The notes under the pieces are model-generated. The model saw only the letters and a list, made by a program, of their open reading frames with translations, did not search any database and was not told the origin of the DNA. Positions 11,152-23,551 of a DNA stretch of 64,000 nt are shown here, piece after piece. Where the stretch lies: the NCBI GenBank assembly GCA_001179505.1, contig CDMY01001000.1:62001-126000 (forward strand), written 5' to 3'. The position numbers were made by a program, and so were the translations under genes. This DNA is from Vitrella brassicaformis CCMP3155 (lineage: Eukaryota > Protista > Chromerida). The stretch's first letter is position 1. Every line of letters begins with the position of its first letter.

Positions 11152-14100
11152 TCACATGTAGCTGTAGAGGGTGTCTCGTGTGTAGCCCATATTGGCGAGC
11201 ATCGGCTTGAGCGCCCGGCACATGGGCGGCGGGCCGGCCAGCACCAGCTGCACATCCTCACTCGGCGACCACAGATGGGACGACACAATCTGATAACACA
11301 CGAGAGGAAAGACACAGACACACACAAGGGTGTGTTGATGGATTGATTTCTTGTGTGTGTCTGTGTGTATGGTTTGGCTCACGTCGCTCGTGACGAAGCC
11401 CACATGCCCCGTCCACTTGTCTGGTGGCCGCTCGAGCACATACACTACCTGACACACACAGACAGACAGATAAAGGAAAGGACACACAGGTGGCTATGGC
11501 TGTGGTCTGCCGCCTGTGTGTCCATTGCCGGCCCACCTTGATGTTCGAGTGTCTTTGTGTGATGGCGTCGAGGTCGGAGCGGTTGACCAGCTCGCTCTCG
11601 GTGGCTGCCGCATAGATCAGCCGGACCTGACGGCACACGAACACACACAAGGAGAGAGACAGAGAGAGATGCAGCTGGACAGGGAGAAAGACGTGTGTGG
11701 GCTGTTTACTTCGATGTCAGTGCGTCCCCAGAAGATGACTTCGTCGATGATCTGCAGCATGGGGGAGATGCCCGTGCCGCCGCCAATCAGACCCCAGCGC
11801 AGCTTGCCAGACTGACAAATGACGACCAACACACATCACATACACAGGGAGACACACGTGGATGATGCGTTGATATGGGTCTGTTTCTCCCTCTCTCCCT
11901 CCCTCTCTCCCTCCCTCTCTCTCTGTGACGGCAGGTACCCATTCGTCAGTGTGTGGGGGTGGTGTGGTGTGCGGCATGAAGTGGAATGAGGGGCCGCCCG
12001 CCGCACGGAAACCCAAATGCGTCCCAATGCCTACAGACAACGAGTCGAGGCCGCACGTGTGGGCGAATGCCGTGTGTGTGGTGTGTGTGGTGCGCTCTTA
12101 CTCATGTGGTCGAGGTGGTGTGTGAATGACCGTGGGTCGGGATTGACCTTGAGCAGAATGTCAAGCGCACCAAACACCAGCGGACGGCTGCACACACACA
12201 CCACACAGCCACACACACACACATCGACCTCTGTCTAACGACCATCCTTCGCAAGTGTGTGTCCACCTGAGGACAGAGAATGGTTTCTCAGCCGAGTGGT
12301 TTGAGCTCGGTGGCGGGCCGAGGTGCGGCTCGCTGTCGATGGCGACGTACTGACCCACAGACAGCCCCGTCGACTTGACACACAGACACACAGACACACA
12401 GAAAGATCGTCCAGCCATGCGTCGGCATGTCTGCTCATGTGTCACGTGTACCTGTCGCTCGCTGGGCAGGTCGAACCTGAAGATCTTCAGGCCGTTGCTG
12501 TTCACATCACGCACCTCACGCAGCCGCAACTGTGCGTAAGAGCCATGCTGGAAGGGCAGCGCCCCCTCGTAAGGCGGAATCAGTGCCGTGTTGGCTGCGC
12601 GACGACCCGCCAAGCGCCCAAACACCAGACACTCCAGCAAACCGTTACCTGCCACCACAACCGAATGCACAGAGCGGAGTGTGTGTGTGTGTGTGTGTTG
12701 CTCACCGGCCAGCCTGTTTGCGCCATGAACGCCGCCGACGATCTCGCCAGCGGCGAAAAGGCCGGGTATGGGCTGCAGGGATGTGCCTGATGCTGTGGAT
12801 GTGTCGGGCAGTGAGCGCAGCACTGAGGTGGAGGGGGAGATACGCAGCTGAGAGACCAAAACACGACGAGAGACAAAGATGGTGTGTGGGGAGTGGGGAG
12901 GCTCTCTCTCTCTCTCTCTCTGTTTGTGTGTGTGCGGTGACGTACCCCGCCCATTGTGTAATGGACACATGGCGTGACGAAGGCCACGTAGAAGTGGTCA
13001 TTCGCTGCACAACCACTCACACAACACAAGACACCGCCATCACCCTCCTCCATCGTCGTGAAAGCACCCACTCCTCCCTCACTCCGTACCGTCGAACACC
13101 CCGGCTCTCTCATGCCCCTCCAGCACTCTCCTCAGCTTGGCCCCCTCCCTCTGTCTCCCCGACCCATTGCCAATGAAGGCCGCCAGTGCGTCCACACCCA
13201 CGCCCAGGTCGTGGATGAACCCCTTGCTGACGTAAAAATCAAACGACGCCCGCCCGAAGTCGTCGGCGATCTTCTCGTTCATCAGCATGATGGCCGCCTT
13301 GGGATTGCTGCTGGTGGTGGTGGATGTTGTTGTGTTTCGGAGGGAGGGAGGGGGGGCGAAGGGGGGGCATGTGCGAAAAATGGCCTGGCGCAAGACAGAG
13401 AGACACACAAACACACAAGAGAGAGATCTCCCACACACGCACACGAATGGAAGACAAGCGCGCACCTCGGTGACGACGTCGCGTCTCTCGAGCTCGTTGA
13501 CGAATCTCTCCCCGGTCTTGGGGTTGAGCAGCATCGCCCCCAGGCCGCGCAGCAGCTCGGGCGCCAGGAACTTCTGAGGCGACGTGGGCGACGACGGGTG
13601 GAGGAACCCGGTAGGGTGCACCTGACACACACACACCGCAGCCACAGAGCACCACATGGTGGATGTGTGTGGCGGGGGGGGAGCAACATACACACCTACC
13701 TGGACTTTGTCCATATCGATGAGGGATGCCCCCAGGCTGCGGGCCATCTTGATGCCGTCGCCCGTGGCGAAGGTGCCGCTGGTGGCCGGCAGACCGACCG
13801 ACGAGGGGGAAAACTCTGACAGCAACGACCTGAGACACACACACACACACACGGGGAATCTCTCTGTATGTGGATCTCTCTCTTTCCCCCTGTGTCTTTG
13901 AGTGACTGACCCCTGTCCATGGTCGTTAGCGTATCCGCCCGTGGCGAGCACCACGCTGCTGACACGCACCTCACTCTCAACGCCGTCAAAGGTGTACCGC
14001 ACGCCACTGATCACATCCTGCGTCGGCACTGAAGCTGAGATTCACAGAGAGGTAGAGAGAGAGAGATGGTGACGACACGCGCATCTCGTTGTGCGTGTGT

Positions 14101-14468
14101 GGGCTTTTTACTTGGTGCATCGTTGAGCAGCGCCACTGTCTGCGTGAGAATGTCTGTCACTCTCGCGCCCGTCATGATGCGCACGTTGGCGGAGAGATCG
14201 TTGGTCAGAATGGACCGAAGCTGGGTCACTATCGTGAGGCCTGACGGACAGACAGAGAAGCCACGGATCAGTGTGCCAACAAAAACACCTTAGATAAGGT
14301 TGTGTGTGGTTGTGCGGTGTACCTACCGATGGGCATGGGTTTGCCGCCCTTGTCTGCCTTGATTCGGTGTGTGCGTGGTGTGGTGTGGCCGCCCAGCTGC
14401 TCCACATCGTTGAGGGGAACGTTGTGCGACATCAGGAAATCTATCGCTGACGAACTGGACCAATCCAA

Positions 14469-14504
<36 letters not shown>

Positions 14505-15113
14505 GTGTGCCAATGATTGCGTGTGTGTGAGTACCTGTAGCTGACGAGCGTCTTGACCAGTGCCATGTCGGCCTTGTGGTCGCCCGCGTTGACAATGTCG
14601 CTCTCAAAGTGGGCCAGACTGTCACTCACACCCTGACGCACCTGCACCCATCACACACATCATCCATCCATCCATCCAACAGCACAGGGCACACAGAATG
14701 AATGAGTTTTTCGGCGTACCTGTACGTTCGTCCCGGCCCCGTTGATGCCCGATGTGGCCTTAGCAGAGTTGCCGCCCACCCTCTCCTTCTCCATCAGCCA
14801 CACTACCGCACCGCCACTCGCCGCGTCAATCGCTGAACACACACACACGCACCCTCATGCGCCACACGCAGGCGCGCTGATAGAGACGCGCACACTGACC
14901 TGCGGACAGTCCTGCCAGCCCGCTGCCGACCACCACCACATCCGGGCGGCCAACCGCATCAGCTGTCGTCGCATTGACAGCAGCAGGGGCACTCTCCAGC
15001 CTTTGCTTGGACCGCAGCCGGAGGCATGAGACCTCCCGGACATGGCTCACACACAGCAGCAGGGCGCACAGCAGCAGTGAGACGCTGCTGCTGCTGCTGG
15101 GGTTGATGCGCAT
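11152..15113 (-). CDS. Soluble fumarate reductase (flavocytochrome c / Osm1-Frd1 type) fused to a C-terminal cytochrome b5 reductase-like FAD/NADH-binding module; N-terminal signal peptide
   Basis: VVVVGSGLAGLSA dinucleotide fold; EKERVGGNSAKATSGING; LGGHTTPRTH; VVLATGGYAND; TFATGDGIKMA; VQVHPTG; LAPELLRGLGAMLL..GERFVNELERRDVVT; VHYTMGG; GLFAAGEIVGGVHGANRLAG; NGLLECLVFGRLAG. Then IFRFDLP..GLSVGQYV, LIGGGTGISPMLQII, IYAA, and CGP-like LAGPPPM. Confidence 0.85.
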
Positions 15114-15440
15114 GGCTGCAGGAGATGGTCAGTGAGTTGGGATCGTTGAAGTAAGTGGCTGGCACTGGCTGCCTTGAGAGCGATGCAGAGCGTATGGGCG
15201 GCCGGGGCACTGCTGAGACTCGCCGCCGTCGACACCAAGCGCAACCTCCTCCTCGCGCAGATCTGCCTTCGTTGTGTTAGGGTAAGGCTGTCCTCAAAAC
15301 ACTTCGAGCTGACGCAGCGGGAAAAAGGATGAATGTCGAGAAGGGCGGCAGCGGATGGTGCAACACGTATGTGTCCGAGTGAAAGTACTCACTCGGCCAT
15401 TCATGACCCATCACCTTCTTGAAGGCGCGCGGTCGGATGA

Positions 15441-16975
15441 ATGAAGGCAGATCTTCATCTGCGGCTCTTGCTGATCACCTCACGGCTCATTGCTTCGGTC
15501 AGTGCCCTCCCATCGTTCATCATCCCAACACCTCCGCTGCGGCACGGCAAGAGCCGCCCCTCGGCACGACTCGGAGCACAGCAATCACGGCTGCACTCTC
15601 TCAGACCGTCGTCCTTCACGCAGCCCCGGTCGGTTTATGTGCACATCCCCTTCTGCCGTCGACGGTGCTACTACTGCGACTTCCCCATTTCTGTGGTGGG
15701 CGACTCGGCCAGGGCACAGCAGCAGCAGGCGGAGAGCTACTATGGGGTGCTCAAGAGAGAGATGGAGGCGACCGCATCGACATGGTGTCCGCCGTCGTCG
15801 GCCGACAGTGGTGGACAGCGCGTGATGGCTGAGCCGTCGATTGTGATGGATTCGGTGTGGAGGGACGAGTGGGAGAGAGCCGAGGCAAGTGGTGAGAGGG
15901 GCGTGTCGACTGTCTTCTTTGGGGGCGGGACGCCATCGCTAATGCCGCCAGAGGTCATCGGCCGGATCGTCGACGACATTGAGCGACTGTTCGGTGAGCA
16001 TACACACAAACAAACAGACACACACATACACACACCCGCTCCATCCATCCGTCCCCTGTTTCTCAGGCCCATTGAGTGCCGGATGTGAGATATCCATGGA
16101 GATGGACCCAGGCTCATTCGACCAAGACAAGCTGCGGTCCTTCCTCACCCACGGCCGCGTCAACAGGGTGTCCCTGGGCGTGCAGAGCTTCAGCGACAAG
16201 ACGCTGCAGCGGATAGGCCGGGCGCACAGCGCGCGTGATGTGTACAGGGCGATAGAGGACCTCCGTGCCTGCGGTGTCGACAACTGGTCTGTGGATCTGA
16301 TTGGCGGGCTGCCTGAGCTGACTGTGGATGAGTGGGAGGGGACGGTCAGGGAGGCCATCGATGTGGGGGCGCCTCACCTCTCTGTGTACGATCTACAGGT
16401 AGGTGTGGGCACACGGCCATGCTCGCATGACGTGGGCTGCTTATCGGCCATGTGTGTGCGTGTGTGTGTGTGTGTGTGTCTGTCAGGTGGAGGAAGGTTC
16501 GTTCTTCGGTCGTTGGGGCTATCAGGCGGGCGAATCGCCTTTGCCCACAGAGGATGCGAGCGCCCAAATGTACCGCAGCGCATCCAGGTGAGAGAAAAGA
16601 CGGCGATAGAGCACTGGGTCTTCTTGTTTCCATGCCGTCGTGTGTGTGGGTGGGCGTATTTGTGTTGTGTGCAGGTTGTTGCGTGACGCGGGGTATGTCC
16701 ACTACGAGGTGTCTAACTACGCGAAGGAGGGACATCAGTGTCGTCACAACATGGCCTACTGGGAGAATGTGCCCTTCTTTGCATTCGGTACACACACACA
16801 CACACACACGCGCGCGCGCACGAGTGCGCTTCCATCCATCCGTTCCTCCATTCTTCGTCTCAGGCAATGGCGCTGCATCCTTCACTTCTCTCTATCGATT
16901 CTCACGGTGAGTTTGGCTGACCAAACACACCTTGACGAGGCAATGGTGAGGTCGGTACCTACCTCTCTCTCTCTC

Positions 16976-17012
<37 letters not shown>

Positions 17013-17644
17013 CCCCCGTCGGTTGCAAGACTACCGTGTGTGGGTGGATCGGCTGGAGAGGGAGGGCTTCCTGCACGCTGCGGGCTTCCACTCACTCGCA
17101 GAGCTGTGGGACGAAAGCATTCACAGATACGAGAAGACACATGAGGGTACACATGTGGACGACGGCCAACACGCCCAAAGTGAGACAGACCCTCTCCAAA
17201 CACATAACACAACCACATGTGCGACCGCACCATTCTCTCTCTGTGTGTGCAGTGTACAGTGAGTTGCGTCGCGAGTGTCTGTCCGACGGGCTGATGCTCG
17301 GCCTCCGTCTCAAGAGCGGCATCAGCCTCTCCCGCATAGCCAAGGCACATGGCACCGACGCTGTCAATGGCATCCTGCGGGCCATCGACCAGTCGTCGGC
17401 CATCGAGCGGGGCCTGGTGCGGGTCTTTTGTAGGCCCCGCTGTGACAGTGACAGTGGGGATGAAAAGGATCTGACCAGCGGCGGTGATGCATTGCGTGTG
17501 ATGGGCGAGGGGGGCAGGGAGGTGGGTGTGTGTCTGACCGATCCTGAGGGGTTTCTGTTGTCGAATGACGTCATTTCGTCCATGTTTGCCTGCATAGACC
17601 AGATGGGCTGGGGACAACTCAGGACCACACAGCCAGCCTTATGA
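15441..17644 (+). CDS. hemW: Radical SAM heme chaperone HemW / RSAD1-like (HemN family) with signal and transit-like N-terminus
   Basis: SVYVHIPFCRRRCYYCDF (CxxxCxxC); TVFFGGGTPS; ISMEMDP; RVSLGVQSF; SVDLIGGLP; PHLSVYDL; HYEVSNYA; HNMAYW. The HNxxYW motif marks HemW rather than HemN. Confidence 0.85.
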
Positions 17645-17694
17645 ATTCCTGCATTTACGAAGCTTTTTGGATCGCGCTCTTTTTTGGAATTGCA

Positions 17695-19145
17695 ATGGCG
17701 GCTCATAGTGGCGGTGGCGGTGGCGAGGCTAAGGAGGGGTGGAAGGATGGCTACGGTGACATAGCGGACATCATTGACGTGAGCGACGACCTCGACGGTC
17801 ATGATGCAGATGACGAGGGCAGCAACGTTGACGACCAAGAGCAGCACGAACAGGTGTGCACATGTAGTATCAGACTGATGCATCAGTCTACCTCAAGCGG
17901 AAGGGCTTAGCGGGTCGAATGCACCTCATGGCTTGATGCCTCCTGCCGTTCCCGTAGGCGGAATCTTGCAGTGTTGATGAGGACGATGAGGACGATGATC
18001 TCCCGCTGCCGCTGGACCTCGACGCACAGCCCGCTGCTGCTGCTGCTGCTGCTGCGACGGCGGCGGCGGCAGCGGGCCGTGGCGATGGCGGAGGCAAGAA
18101 GGGCGGCAAGAGAAAGAGAAAGAAACTCATACTCATAGGTATGCAATGGGTACACTGCACAGAAGCCGTGTGTGGATGCATCTGTGTGCTGCATTGTGTT
18201 GTGTTGTGTTGTGTTGTGTTGTGTGTTGGTTCAGAGCGCCATCCCCGGCATCTGCGTCGTCTTGGCGAGGCCATCGAGCGCACCGCCATCAAGCTCATCC
18301 AGCCCTTCCCGCCCCGGCCGCAAGCTGCTCGTACTCGACATCGACCGCACACTATACGATCACAAGTACAGTACACAGCAACCATCGATACGTCAACACC
18401 CATTCATGCGGGAATGTGTGTGCGTGTGGATGGATGGATGGATTGATGTGCGCAGGAGCCGTGATCTGCAGCGGGCGAAGCGTCCCGGTCTGGACAGCTT
18501 CATGGAGGCCGTGTACCCCCACTATGACATCGCAGTGTGGAGCGCCACCAACTGGACGGCCCTCGAGGCCAAGTGCACTGAGATGGGACTACTCAACTCG
18601 CTACCCAAATTTGCCGTCAGCTTCGTGCTCGACAAGTATGCAGCCGACGACACACGTGCCTCTCCCACACCCATACCGTACACACCGCACTCGGGGGAGC
18701 AAATACTCTTCCCCTGTCTCTCTGTCTGTCTGTCTGTCTGTCTGTCTCTGTGTGTGGTTCTCTAGGTCTGCCATGTTTGACGTGACCACCAAACGACCAG
18801 CCAAGAAGGTGCCAAGCAATGGCGGCAGTGCGGGCAGCAGCAGCAGCAGCAGCAGCACGAAGGACCGCGTCAAGAAGGAACCCAGCAAGAACAAGAAGGG
18901 GGCGGGGAAGGGCGGCAGCAGCAGCCGCACGCACTCGGTCAAGGCGCTGCAGGTGATATGGGGCAAGTTCCCGGGCGTGTGGGGGCCGCACAACACACTC
19001 CACGTGGACGACCTCCGCCACAACTTCGCCATGAACCGTAAAAATGGCATCAAAATATCGCAGTACAAGTAAGCGGAAGACACGCAGCTTCCCACACACA
19101 CACAGATCGACGTGTTGATGTGTCCTTCCCCTCTCTGTGTGTCGA

Positions 19146-19183
<38 letters not shown>

Positions 19184-19341
19184 TGTGTGTGTACCAAAGG
19201 GTGATTGAGTCGTCGAGCAAGTTTGACAGAGAGCTGCATCATCTGTCGGTGTATCTGATCCACCTGGCGTCGCTGCCCGACGTGACGACTCTCGACCACA
19301 AGCAGTGGCGGCAGGTGGCAGCGCGGCTCCAAGATGCCTAG
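17695..19341 (+). CDS. UBLCP1-like HAD/FCP1 phosphatase with acidic low-complexity N-terminus; apparent 1-nt frameshift near 18310
   Basis: RPGRKLLVLDIDRTLYDHK (DxDxT); KRPGLDSFMEAVYPHYDIAVWSAT..EAKCTEMG; KALQVIWGKFP..HNTLHVDDLRHNFAMN. Confidence 0.75.
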
Positions 19342-19705
19342 GCACTGTCGGCCACCAGTGGGCAGTGAGCGATGGATGCGTGGGCAGCAAGGAGAAGAGG
19401 CGGGAACAAGAGAGAGACGGAGAGAGAGAGGGGGGGGATAATCATGTGTGTGCGGGCCGGCGCCTTTCATCTGTCGCTTCCTTCGATTCGGGGAGCATGT
19501 GCGCGGACCGGTTACGTGTTTGTTGACCGCTGAGAGATAAGATGTACAGCCGAACGAGTTTCCTCGAAGGGTCCAGCATCATCGCTGACGATCCTGGCCG
19601 ACGTGTTACAGTAATTATTACTTCCCCCGCGTGTGTTTACATCCCGCATCGCGACCCCCCGAGTTTTGAATACTTGGCATATCTCCCAGCTTCTTTGTGC
19701 TCGCG

Positions 19706-20640
19706 ATGATGTCCAGTGCTCTGGTGCTCGTGCTGTGTGCGCTCGCCGCCTTCACAGCCACGGCCATCCAGCGATACGGTAAGTGCCATCTGCACAACGG
19801 ATGCAGGGAGGCACGGAGAGAGCTCGGCAGCAAGTATCTAGCCAGACAAGCTGCAGGGAAAAGGCGGGGGAGAAAATGTATCCGTATAGCGGCACGAATC
19901 TGCCCAGATCTGCCAGATCTATGACTTTCGCTCCACAAGCGTTCTTTGTGTACCTTTGTGGTGTGCAGGGAACGGCCCGGCTTCCTTCGCGGAGTCTTCT
20001 AAGGCCATCGAAGGCGTTGGCAGCTACCAAGGTCAGCACAAGGCTGACAACAAGTGCTAGCAGCAGCGGGCTCACTCTGTGTGGCGTGTGTGTTGTGTTG
20101 GTGTTGGTGTGTTCAGGTGCTGTGTCGGCTATGGCGTTGTCGGCGCTGCGGCAGCAGATCCAGACCGGCATGGCCCTCTCCCAGTCGGCCAACAAACTCA
20201 CCAGTGCCGCCATCGAGATGACCGCCGAGGCGCTCAGGGCCATCGACAGGGCAGAGGATGCCATTAGCATGGGCATCACACGAGGCCGCAAGGGTACACA
20301 CAGGCAGGCACTCACAGCTGATATGGAAAAAGCAGAGATCTGTCTGCCTTGTGGATGCCTTGTGGATGGATGGATGGATGTAGCTTACGGCGGTGCTGAC
20401 GAGCCCCAGCCCTATGGCGGCGGCAAGACCTTCAGCGGCATTTCGGATAGCATGTATGGACGCGACAAGTACATGACAGGGTATTCGGCGAAAGACTACA
20501 ACAAAAAAGTCGGAGATTGGGCCAAAAGCAAAGGCAGCAACTTCGACAAGTACTATGGCCACCTCGTCGACAGCACGGGGCAGCCCAAGAACAAGGCCGC
20601 CGCGTACCAACTCCAGAACCAGGCCGCCTACGACGCGAGG
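19706..20640 (+). CDS. Hypothetical secreted protein (signal peptide, helical Ala-rich exon, Gly/Tyr/Lys-rich exon); probably continues toward gap 20858-21157
   Basis: MMSSALVLVLCALAAFTATAIQRY|gtaag, followed by coding-like exons AMALSALRQQIQTG..GITRGRK and YGGADEPQPYGGGKTF..AAYDAR. Confidence 0.5.
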
Positions 20641-20824
20641 GTACGGTTGGACAGGAGGGTGAATCGATATGTCCATCACACGTGTGTGTGTGCGTGCGTG
20701 TGTGTTGTTCCTTTTTAGAAGAAGGGAGGAAGGTGGTAGGAGGAGCTCCTGCCATCCATCCCTTGCCATACTTGTTGTTAGACCTCGTTTAGAATAGCTG
20801 GGGGAGAGAGGGGGAGGGGCGGGC

Positions 20825-20857
<33 letters not shown>

Positions 20858-22199
20858 NNNNNNNNNNNNNNNNNNNNNNNNNNNNNNNNNNNNNNNNNNN
20901 NNNNNNNNNNNNNNNNNNNNNNNNNNNNNNNNNNNNNNNNNNNNNNNNNNNNNNNNNNNNNNNNNNNNNNNNNNNNNNNNNNNNNNNNNNNNNNNNNNNN
21001 NNNNNNNNNNNNNNNNNNNNNNNNNNNNNNNNNNNNNNNNNNNNNNNNNNNNNNNNNNNNNNNNNNNNNNNNNNNNNNNNNNNNNNNNNNNNNNNNNNNN
21101 NNNNNNNNNNNNNNNNNNNNNNNNNNNNNNNNNNNNNNNNNNNNNNNNNNNNNNNNNCCCCCCCCCCCCCCCTCTCACCTGTCTCCGCGCCTTCTATGCT
21201 CTGTGTGTGCGTCCGATCCTCCGCTGGATGGCTGGCTGGATGGCGTCCTCTCTGGCTGGCCGATTTGTTTCGTGCATGACCCCATGAGTGTTCACATCAA
21301 TGTGTTTTGCCTGTGTGTCGTTTTTGGCTGCGTGTGCGCTGTCCATAGGCTGATTGGCTGGCTGCCATGTCACACCGAAAGAGAATAGAGGGATCGGGAG
21401 AGGGCTGCCTCCGTGGCCGGCTCGCCGGCACACACGACCCACAAAGTCACACACAGACACACACACACACACACACACACATGCCTATATGCTCGACCCT
21501 CCTTCTTCTTCGTGTGGCTCGTCTGGCTGTTGTCGCATCCATGGAGAGCACGCGAATGTATGTGTGTTTGGGTGGCTGCTGGACGGCTGGCTGCGAGTGT
21601 TTCAAGAGAGAGGGGAGGGCAAACGGACCAGATACGTTGCCAAGTGAATTCATTCGTTCACCAACTCGGTCGCATTGCAATGAGGTCTCTCGCTCACACA
21701 CAGACACACGCAGGAACGGAATAAATAGAGGAAGCACACGCAGCATCAGACAGGGTCTCTCACACATGTGTCGCTCTATTCGGCGACTGACCGCGACAGG
21801 AAGGGAAAAAAGGCCCCTTCTGCTGCCCTCTGTCGTCACACCACACACCGGGCACAGACACACAGACACACAGACATACAGACATACATACAGACACACA
21901 CGCATACAAGCATACAAAAGAAAGAGGCTGTGAGTGTCCGACCGGCTGACAGATAAACCACCCAAGCCACGCACAGAGCACTCACTCACCCACTCACGAC
22001 AAGCAGACAGACAGACAGACAGACAGACAACGCCAAGACTCTGTGTGCCTGCTCAACGTTGCACAATGCACCACACACCACCTTGCTCAAAACCGACAGG
22101 CAAACATTCAGCCAGGCGACGAGAGAGGAGCCCCCGGCCGCACACATGAGTGTGTGACACACACAGCCGCCCCCCATGTGTGTGTGTGGTTGCTCTCCC

Positions 22200-23070
22200 C
22201 TACTCTATGCTGATCAAACGCAGCTCAATGTAGGGGCCATATCCTCCTGGCGCTATGATTTGCCTGACCTCCCCCTCCCGCATCGACAGCACCGCCTCAC
22301 GCTCACACTCATACAGATCAGACACACGATACACCTCCCCACGGATATCGGCCCATTTCTCCCGGCCGTCGAATGCATCAAACCACGAGATGAGGTCGAC
22401 CTTGACGGGGTCCTCGGGTGTCGGCACTCTGCCGGCGCCCTCCTGCACCACTCGATGGCGGGCGCCAGATGGGTAGCGAATGAGGCCATTGCCGTTGCTG
22501 TTGGCGGCTGACGACGAGCCCTCTTGCCGCTGACGCAGGGTGGCGCCGCCGCCACTGACCACACCCACACTGACCGACACACACACACACACACACACAA
22601 GCACGATAAGAGCCCATTGTTTGTCGGTGAAGTGTCCTCTTACTTCTCATGCGGCAGGACGCCCTTGGGCAGCAGTGATCTGCGCCCGTTTCTGTCCTTG
22701 GTGTAGAAGTTGACGCTCGTGCGGCAGATCTCGAGTGGCAGATAGATGCGCTCTCTGGGACGGTCGGGCACCAACGCGTTGAGCTCGTAGAAATACTCCC
22801 CCGGACGGGAGGCGTCGTCCAACACATTGCGGCTGAACTCCAGCAGCCCGACGTCAACCACGTCACTCATGACTGATGGCTGCACACATGCGCACACATC
22901 AGAGAGTCACAGATCTGTCTGCACTGTGTTTCTTGTACTGCTGTTTCGTACCAGTGCACTGATGGGCCACTCGAGCTCCCTTCCTGTGATCCTCTTTGCG
23001 AGCTCAACATGCTCTGCGAGCTTGGCTCGAAGACTTGAAAAACCGGATTCCGGGAACGGGAGCAGATAAG
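22200..23070 (-). CDS. Unknown N-terminal exons spliced (phase 2) to an intact FKBP-like cassette exon 22569-22200; start not located
   Basis: Exon ..LEICRTSVNFYTKDRNGRRSLLPKGVLPHE aa|gtaag; acceptor gtcag|t gtg ggt gives NVGVVSGGGATLRQRQEG..RYPSGARHRVVQEGAGRVPT..ISWFDAFDGREK..EAVLSMREGEVRQIIAP..YIELRLISIE. Confidence 0.55.
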
Positions 23071-23129
23071 AGAGAAGGCAGCTGTCTAAGGTCAGGTGCC
23101 AACTCGTGAGCTTAGGGTCTGGTGCCGCG

Positions 23130-23452
23130 ATGGGAGCGGTGTTTGGTGCGTGTGGCTCTTGCTGTGCCGCGTGTGTGGGGTCAGCCGTGTCTACCTGTCT
23201 GATCAAGGCACTGGTGAGCCTATACAAGCCAACAGCCAACAGATCTCCCTCTGTGTGCTGATGTCTTCCCTGTGTGTGTGTGTGTGTCACAGGGGAGCGG
23301 TTCAACGAGGAGCAAGAATGTGGCCAAGGTGCTGTACTTCGTCCTCATGGTGTTCACAGCCGTGTTGGCTGTCGTGGCGCGGTACTGGGTGCCTGACGCA
23401 CGAGAGTCGCTCAAGAGCTGGCCGGGCATACAAATAAGTAGGCGTGTCTGCA

Positions 23453-23506
<54 letters not shown>

Positions 23507-23517
23507 TGGAGCGCTGT

Positions 23518-23551
<34 letters not shown>

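Noticed and set aside
22730-22760. IYLPLEIC resembling the Argonaute/Dicer PAZ C-terminal motif YLPxExC
   Set aside because: The surrounding PAZ residues are not recognisable, and an 8-residue match is insufficient.
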